From Macrostomum lignano (taxonomy: Eukaryota), in assembly GCA_002269645.1 (NCBI GenBank), contig NIVC01004928.1, positions 1-31,165 on the forward strand: a stretch of DNA of 31,165 nucleotides, written 5' to 3'. A program made the translations under genes and the position numbers. This document shows positions 24,214-31,165 of the stretch, in pieces; position 1 is the first letter of the stretch; each line of letters opens with the position of its first letter. Under the pieces are notes generated by a model. That model worked only from the letters and a program-made list of their open reading frames with translations, was not told where the DNA came from and ran no database searches.

Positions 24214-24561
24214 ATGAGTTCAGTTCCCAGCATGCCGCAGCCCTACGGTGCTGGCGCCATCTTCGCCTTGCCTGAGTCCGAGATCAAGCTCGAGACCGCA
24301 GATGACGACGCCGTCATCGACTCCGCCAATGCCGTGGACACCAATCCAGATCGACGTCGTCGGCGCGCCGGCTGCGACGGCGACAAGCCGACAACGGTGA
24401 GAAAGAAAAATCCAAGATGACGCCGGCTGAATCCGCGGCTGCGGCGGCGCACAGCGGGGAAGCCCAGATATGCTCCGTCTGTGGCGACTTCGCCTCCGGC
24501 TTTCACTACTCGGCGCTCACGTGCGAGGCCTGCAAGAGCTTCTTCAAGCGGACTGTGCAAG
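24214..24561 (+). CDS. ERR-like (NR3) nuclear receptor exon 1: A/B region and zinc finger 1
   Basis: [30 protein letters not shown], then phase-1 donor G|GTTTGA at 24561/24562. ATG 24214 needs one -1 slip (~24385); ATG 24417 is in frame without repair. Confidence 0.85.
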
Positions 24562-24567
24562 GTTTGA

Positions 24568-26075
24568 CTGTCTGATCCCTGCTGTCTCCTCTGTCTGATC
24601 CTTGCTGTCTCCGCTGTCTGGTCCCTGCTGTCTCTGTCTGGTCCCTGCTGTCTCTGTCTGGTCCCTGCTGTCTCTGTCTGGTCCCTGTTGTCTCTGGTCC
24701 CTGCTGTCTCTGTCTGGTCCCTGCTGTCTCTGTCTGGTCCCTGCTGTCTCTGTCTGGTCCCTGCTGTCTCTGTCTGGTCCCTGTTGTCTCCCTATGTCTG
24801 GTCCCTGTTGTCTCTGGTCCCTGCTGTCTCTGTCTGGTCCCTGCTGTCTCTGTCTGGTCCCTGCTGTCTCTGTCTGGTCCCTGTTGTCTCCTATGTCTGG
24901 TCCCTGTTGTCTCTGGTCCCTGCTGTCTCTGTCTGGTCCCTGCTGTCTCTGGTCCCTGCTGTCTCTGTCTGGTCCCTGTTGTCTCTGTCTGGTCCCTGCT
25001 GTCTCCTATGTCTGGTCCCTGTTGTCTCTGGTCCCTGCTGTCTCTGTCTGGTCCCTGCTGTCTCTGTCTGGTCCCTGTTGTCTCTGTCTGGTCCCTGCTG
25101 TCTCCTCTGTCTGGTCCCTGCTGTCTCTGTCTGATCCCTGTTGTCTCCTCTATCTGATCCCTGCTGTCTCTTCTGTCTGATCCCTCCTGTCTCCTGTTTG
25201 ATCCCTGCTGTCTCCTCTGTCTGATCCCTGCTGTCTCCTCTGTCTGATCCCTGCTGTCTCCTCTGTCTGATCCCTGCTGTCTCCTCTGTCTGATCCCTGC
25301 TGTCTCTTCTGTCTGATCCCTGCTGTCTCCTCTGTCTGATCCCTGCTGTCTCCTCTGTCTGATCCCTGCTGTCTCCTGTTTGATCCCTGCTGTCTCCTGT
25401 TTGATCCCTGCTGTCTCCTCTGTCTGATCCCTGCTGTCTCCTGTTTGATCCCTGCTGTCTCCTCTGTCTGATCCCTGTTGTCTCCTCTGTCTGGTCCCTG
25501 CTGTCTCTGTCTGATCCCTGTTTGTCCCTGCTGTCTCCTCTGTCTGATCCCTGCTGTCTCCTCTGTCTGGTCCCTGCTGTCTCCTCTGTCTGATCCCTGC
25601 TGTCTCCTGTTTGATCCCTGCTGTCTCCTCTGTCTGGTCCCTGCTGTCTCCTGTTTGATCCCTGCTGTCTCCTCTGTCTGGTCCCTGCTGTCTCTTCTGT
25701 CTGATCCCTCCTGTCTCCTGTTTGATCCCTGCTGTCTCCTCTGTCTGATCCCTGCTGTCTCCTCTGTCTGGTCCCTGCTGTCTCCTCTGTCTGATCCCTG
25801 CTGTCTCCTGTTTGATCCCTGCTGTCTCCTCTGTCTGGTCCCTGCTGTCTCCTGTTTGATCCCTGCTGTCTCCTCTGTCTGATCCCTGCTGTCTCCTGTT
25901 TGATCCCTGCTGTCTCCTCTGTCTGATCCCTGCTGTCTCCTGTTTGATCCCTGCTGTCTCCTCTGTCTGGTCCCTGCTGTCTCCTGTTTGATCCCTGCTG
26001 TCTCCTCTGTCTGGTCCCTGCTGTCTCCTCTGTCTGGTCCCTGCTGTCTCGTTTGTCTCATCCCTGCTGTCTCCT
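24568..26075 (+). repeat. Pyrimidine-rich minisatellite filling NR intron 1 (16-23-bp variant units)
   Basis: Units GTCTCTGTCTGGTCCCTGCT, GTCTCCTCTGTCTGATCCCTGCT and GTCTCCTGTTTGATCCCTGCT. The array starts 6 nt after the donor. Confidence 0.97.
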
Positions 26076-26224
26076 CTCTCTTTTCTCTAGTCTAAGGTCT
26101 TCTGCTTGGTAATTGAAGTATTTTCTTTGTCCCAACAGTTGCAATCTCATTCCTGACCCCCGTCTACAGTCTACAATGCTTTTTCTGGGATTTTCTTCTT
26201 AATAGCCACAAATCCCCTTTGCAG

Positions 26225-26341
26225 ACAAGCACGAGTACACCTGCTCTGGGAACTTTGACTGCGCCGTCAGCAAGTCGATGCGCAAGTCCTGCCAGTACTG
26301 CCGCTTTCAAAAGTGCCTGCGTAACGGCATGCTGCCGCAGG
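26225..26341 (+). CDS. ERR-like nuclear receptor exon 2: zinc finger 2
   Basis: Acceptor CCCTTTGCAG|AC; (D)KHEYTCSGNFDCAVSKSMRKSCQYCRFQKCLRNGMLPQ; donor G|GTGAGC. 117 nt, phase 1-1. Confidence 0.93.
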
Positions 26342-26361
26342 GTGAGCCGGCTGGGACTCCC

Positions 26362-26440
26362 GGGATCTGGGATCAGTGTAGCATTGGGATCTGGGATCAG
26401 TGTAGCATTGGGATCTGGGATCAGTGTAGCATTGGGATCT
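26362..26440 (+). repeat. 24-bp tandem repeat (3.3 copies) in 116-bp NR intron 2
   Basis: GGGATCTGGGATCAGTGTAGCATT x3 plus GGGATCT. Confidence 0.97.
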
Positions 26441-26457
26441 GTTATTCTCTCTTCCAG

Positions 26458-26800
26458 ACGTCCGCATGGATCGCACCCGGGGCGGTCGCAAAAAGTGCAA
26501 GCGAACTTCTCGCGAGCAGTTCGACCAGCTTGTGGAGCGAATTGCCGTGGCCGGCGGGCCCGCAGTCGTGGCCGAAGAGTCCTCGCCACCCCTTCGGCGC
26601 CAGCCTCAGCAGGCCCAGCTGTCCCCGGCTGTCTCGGTGCCGACTCCTTCGCCGCGAGGGGCCTCCTCGGGCACCGAGAAGCCATCGGGCGATCCGTTGG
26701 AGAGCTTCATTCGAGAGGCCCTGGCCAGCGACTGGATTAGCAGGCCGCTGCAAATCCACCCCACTCCATTGTCGCACGCTGACATGCATTCTGCGCTGAA
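26458..26800 (+). CDS. ERR-like nuclear receptor exon 3: C-terminal extension, hinge and start of LBD
   Basis: Acceptor TCTCTTCCAG|AC; (D)VRMDRTRGGRKKCKR compares with ERR VRLDRVRGGRQKYKR; phase-2 donor AA|GTGAGC at 26800/26801. Confidence 0.88.
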
Positions 26801-26844
26801 GTGAGCTTAATATTGCTTTTAATCCGCCGTTCTTGACTGAAATC

Positions 26845-29800
26845 TTCCCAGATCCCAGTTCTGAATCTACTGATCCCCAACCGGACACTTCCCAGATCCC
26901 AGCCAGTTCTGAATCTACTAATCCCCAACCGGACACTTCCCAGATCCCAGCCAGTTCTGAATCTACTGATCCCCAACCGGACACTTCCCAGATCCCAGTT
27001 CTGAATCTACTGATCCCCAACCGGACACTTCCCAGATCCCAGCCAGTTCTAAATCTACTGATCCCCAACTGGACACTTCCCAGATCCAGTTCTGAATCTA
27101 CTGATCCCCAACCGGACACTTCCCAGATCCAGTTCTGAATCTACTGATCCCCAACCGGATACTTCCCAAATCCAGTTCTGAATCTACTGATCCCCAACCG
27201 GACACTTCCCAGATCCCAGTTCTGAATCTACTGATCCCCAACCGGACACTTGCCAGATCCCAGCCAGTTCTGAATCTACTGATCCCCAACCGGACACTTC
27301 CAGATCCCAGTTCTGAATCTACTGATCCCCAACTGGACACTTCCCAGATCCCAGTTCTGAATCTACTGATCCCCAACCGGACACTTCCCAGATCCAGTTC
27401 TGAATCTACTGATCCCCAACCGGATACTTCCCAAATCCAGTTCTGAATCTACTGATCCCCAACCGGACACTTCCCAGATCCCAGTTCTGAATCTACTGAT
27501 CCCCAACCGGACACTTGCCAGATCCCAGCCAGTTCTGAATCTACTGATCCCCAACCGGACACTTCCCAGATCCCAGTTCTGAATCTACTGATCCCCAACC
27601 GGACACTTCCCAGATCCCAGTTCTGAATCTACTGATCCCCAACCGGACACTTCCCAGATCCAGCCAGTTCTAAATCTACTGATCCCCAACCGGACACTTC
27701 CCAAATCCAGTTCTGAATCTACTGATCCCCAACCGGACACTTCCCAGATCCCAGCCAGTTCTGAATCTAGTGATCCCCAACCGGACACTTCCCAGATCCC
27801 AGCCAGTTCTAAATCTACTGATCCCCAACCGGACACTTCCCAGATCCCAGTTCTGAATCTACTGATCCCCAACCGGACACTTCCCAGATCCCAGTTCTGA
27901 ATCTACTGATCCCCAACCGGACACTTCCCAGATCCCAGTTCTGAATCTACTGATCCCCAACCGGACACTTCCCAGATCCCAGCCAGATCTAAATCTACTG
28001 ATCCCCAACCGGACACTTCCCAGATCCAGTTCTGAATCTACTGATCCCCAACCGATACTTCCCAGATCCAGTTCTGAATCTACTGATCCCCAACCGAACA
28101 CTTCCCAGATCCCAGTTCTGAATCTACTGATCCCCAACCGGACACTTCCCAGATCCCAGTTCTGAATCTACTGATCCCCAACCGGACACTTCCCAGATCC
28201 AGTTCTAATCTACTGATCCCCAACCGGACACTTCCCAAATCCAGTTCTGAATCTACTGATCCCCAACCGGACACTTCCCAGATCCCAGTTCTGAATCTAC
28301 TGATCCCCAACCGGACACTTGCCAGATCCCAGCCAGTTCTGAATCTACTGATCCCCAACCGGACACTTCCCAGATCTTAGTTCTGAATCTACTGATCCCC
28401 AACCGGACACTTTCCAGATCCCAGCCAATTCCGAATCTACTGATCCGTAACCGGACACTTCCCAGATCCAGCCAGATCTGAATCTACTGATCCCAAACCG
28501 GACACTTGCCAGATCCTAGCCAGTTCCGAATCTAGTGATCTCCAACCCAAACGGACACTTCCCAAATCCAGTTCTGAATCTACTGATCCCCAACCGGACA
28601 CTTCCCAGATCCAGTTCTGAATCTACTGATCCCCAACCGGATACTTCCCAAATCCAGTTCTGAATCTACTGATCCCCAACCGGACACTTCCCAGATCCAG
28701 TTCTGAATCTACTGATCCCCAACCGGATACTTCCCAAATCCAGTTCTGAATCTACTGATCCCCAACCGGACACTTCCCAGATCCCAGTTCTGAATCTACT
28801 GATCCCCAACCGGACACTTGCCAGATCCCAGCCATTCTGAATCTACTGATCCCCAACCGGACACTTCCCAGATCCCAGTTCTGAATCTACTGATCCCCAA
28901 CCGGACACTTTCCAGATCCCAGCCAATTCCGAATCTACTGATCCGTAACCGGACACTTCCCAGATCCCAGCCAGATCTGAATCTACTGATCCCAAACCGG
29001 ACACTTGCCAGATCCTAGCCAGTTCCGAATCTAGTGATCTCCAACCCCAAACGGACACTTTCCAAATCCAGTTCTGAATCTACTGATCCCCAACCGGACA
29101 CTTTCCAGATCCCACCAGTTCTGAATCTACTGATTCCAACCGGACACTTGCCATATCCCAGCCAGTTCCGAATCTAGTGAACTCCAACCCCAACCGGACA
29201 CTTCCAGATCCAGTTCTGAATCTACTGATCACCAACCGGACACTTCCCAGATCCAGCAAATTCCAATCTAGTTGATATCCCCAACCGGACACTTCCCAAT
29301 CCAGATCTGAATCTACTGATCCCCAACCGGACACTTCCCAGATCCCAGCCAGATCTGAATCTACTGATCCCCAACCGGACACTTCCCAGATCCCAGCCAG
29401 ATCTGAATCTACTGATCCCCAACCGAACACTTCCCAATCCAGTTCTGAATCTACTGATCCCCAACCGGACACTTCCCAGATCCCAGTTCTGAATCTACTG
29501 ATCCCCAACCGGACACTTCCCAGATCCAGTTCTAAATCTACTGATCCCCACCGGACACTTCCCAAATCATTCTGAATCTCAGTTACTGATCCCCAACCGG
29601 ACACTTCCCAGATCCCAGTTCTGAATCTACTGATCCCCAACCGGACACTTGCAGATCCCAGCCAGTTCTGAATCTACTGATCCCCAACCGGACACTTCCC
29701 AGATCTTAGTTCTGAATCTACTGATCCCCAACCGGACACTTTCCAGATCCCAAGCCAATTCCGAATCTACTGATCCGTAACCGGACACTTCCCAGATCCC

Positions 29801-30799
29801 AGCCAGATCTGAATCTACTGATCCCAAACCGGACACTTGCCAGATCCTAGCCAGTTCCGAATCTAGTGATCTCCAACCCCAACCGGACACTTCCCAGATC
29901 CAGTTCTGAATCTACTGATCCCCAACCGGATACTTCCCAAATCCAGTTCTGAATCTACTGATCCCCAACCGGACACTTCCCAGATCCAGTTCTGAATCTA
30001 CTGATCCCCAACCGATACTTCCCAAATCCAGTTCTGAATCTACTGATCCCCAACCGGACACTTCCCAGATCCCAGTTCTGAATCTACTGATCCCCAACGG
30101 ACACTTGCCAGATCCCAGCCAGTTCTGAATCTACTGATCCCCAACCGGACACTTCCCAGATCCAGTTCTGAATCTACTGATCCCCAACCGGACACTTTCC
30201 AGATCCAGCCAATTCCGAATCTACTGATCCGTAACCGGACACTTCCCAGATCCCAGCCAGATCTGAATCTACTGATCCCAAACCGACACTTGCTAGATCC
30301 TAGCCAGTTCCGAATCTAGTGATTCTCCAACCCAACGGACACTTCCCAAATCCAGTTCTGAATCTACTGATCCCAACCGGACACTTTCCAGATCCCACCC
30401 AGTTCTGAATCTACTGATCCCCAACCGGACACTTTCCAGATCCCACCCAGTTCTGAATCTACTGATTCCAACCGGACACTTGCCATATCCCAGCCAGTCC
30501 GAATCTAGTGAACTCCAACCAACGGACACTTCAGATCCAGTCTGAATCTACTGATCACCAACCGGACACTTCCAGATCCCAGCAAATTCCGAATCTAGTG
30601 ATCCCCAACCGGACATTCCCAAATCCAGTTCTGAATCTACTGATCCCCAACCGGACACTTCCCAGATCCCAGCAGATCTGAATCTACTGATCCCCAACTG
30701 GACACTTCCCAGATCCCAGCAGATCTGAATCTACTGATCCCCACCGGACACTTCCCAGACCCAGCCAGATCTGAATCTACTGATCCCCAACCGGACACT
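26845..30799 (+). repeat. ~4-kb satellite filling NR intron 3, 43/44/48-bp units (~85-90 copies) with higher-order structure
   Basis: Unit GATCCC(AGCC)AGTTCTGAATCTACTGATCCCCAACCGGACACTTCCCA, with recurring variant cassettes in the 3' half. Confidence 0.97.
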
Positions 30800-30928
30800 A
30801 CTATGGCAGGTCTGAGTTATCCCAATCCGATACTAAAAATCCCATTTAAGTCGCGTAGTCATGGAGACGAGCGCAGGTGAAATTCTACAGGTGCATGCGC
30901 GCCCCCATCCGTACCTACCAATCTGCAG

Positions 30929-31165
30929 TCAGTGGTTCGAGCGCGGCCTGGAGTCGGTGGTGGCCTGGAGCAACTCGCTGCGCTGCCTTCGACTGCTGCT
31001 GCTGCAGGACCGCATCGCACTACTCACCAAGAACTGGTTCGCCGTGCTGCTCATGGACACCCTTCCAGGTCGCTGCCATTCGACGGCGGAATTCACTTCG
31101 CCACCAACCTGAGCCTCCGCCCTGCCGACGCTTGCCCTCGCCCAGCTGCCTGCCGACTTCTTCAG
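30929..31165 (+). CDS. ERR-like nuclear receptor exon 4: LBD helices 3-6 (incomplete, frameshifted as assembled)
   Basis: Acceptor CCAATCTGCAG|T fits phase 2 and gives SALNQWFERGLESVVAW...QDRIALLTKNWFAVLL. After a -1 slip at ~31063 it reads RSLPFDGGIHFATNL, compared with ERR RSLPF/YxxKLxF/YAxD. Confidence 0.8.

Noticed and set aside
24602-30529. Long ORFs (LSLSGPCCL.., RQQGSDR.., GISRFRTG.., SESTDPQPD..) as proteins
   Set aside because: They are translations of intronic tandem repeats, and the NR exons splice in phase across them.

Overview
This is a eukaryotic (animal) genomic window. GC-rich exons with minisatellite-filled introns suggest a Macrostomum-like flatworm, which is inference only. 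Host genes, all on the + strand, are: (1) a large two-exon, mostly low-complexity gene ending in an AJM1/C9orf172-type C-terminal domain (~187-6725); (2) a candidate orphan ORF with an internal duplication (10958-11459); (3) a two-exon GT32/SUR1-like DXD glycosyltransferase (12377-15111); and (4) a divergent ERR-like (NR3) nuclear receptor running off the right edge (24214->31165). Mobile DNA comprises a Crypton-type tyrosine recombinase fragment between two related palindromes, a hAT end, a 5'-truncated RTE/RTEX-like LINE and a TIR-bounded Merlin derivative. There are five intronic tandem arrays. Most coding regions can only be read through repeated one-base-short (-1) frame slips, many at homopolymers; this is most probably long-read assembly error. 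I found no CRISPR, rRNA or tRNA. No novel system is proven. The best leads are the divergent NR3 receptor and its related intronic arrays, the Crypton/palindrome unit, the orphan ORF and the -1 slip pattern.
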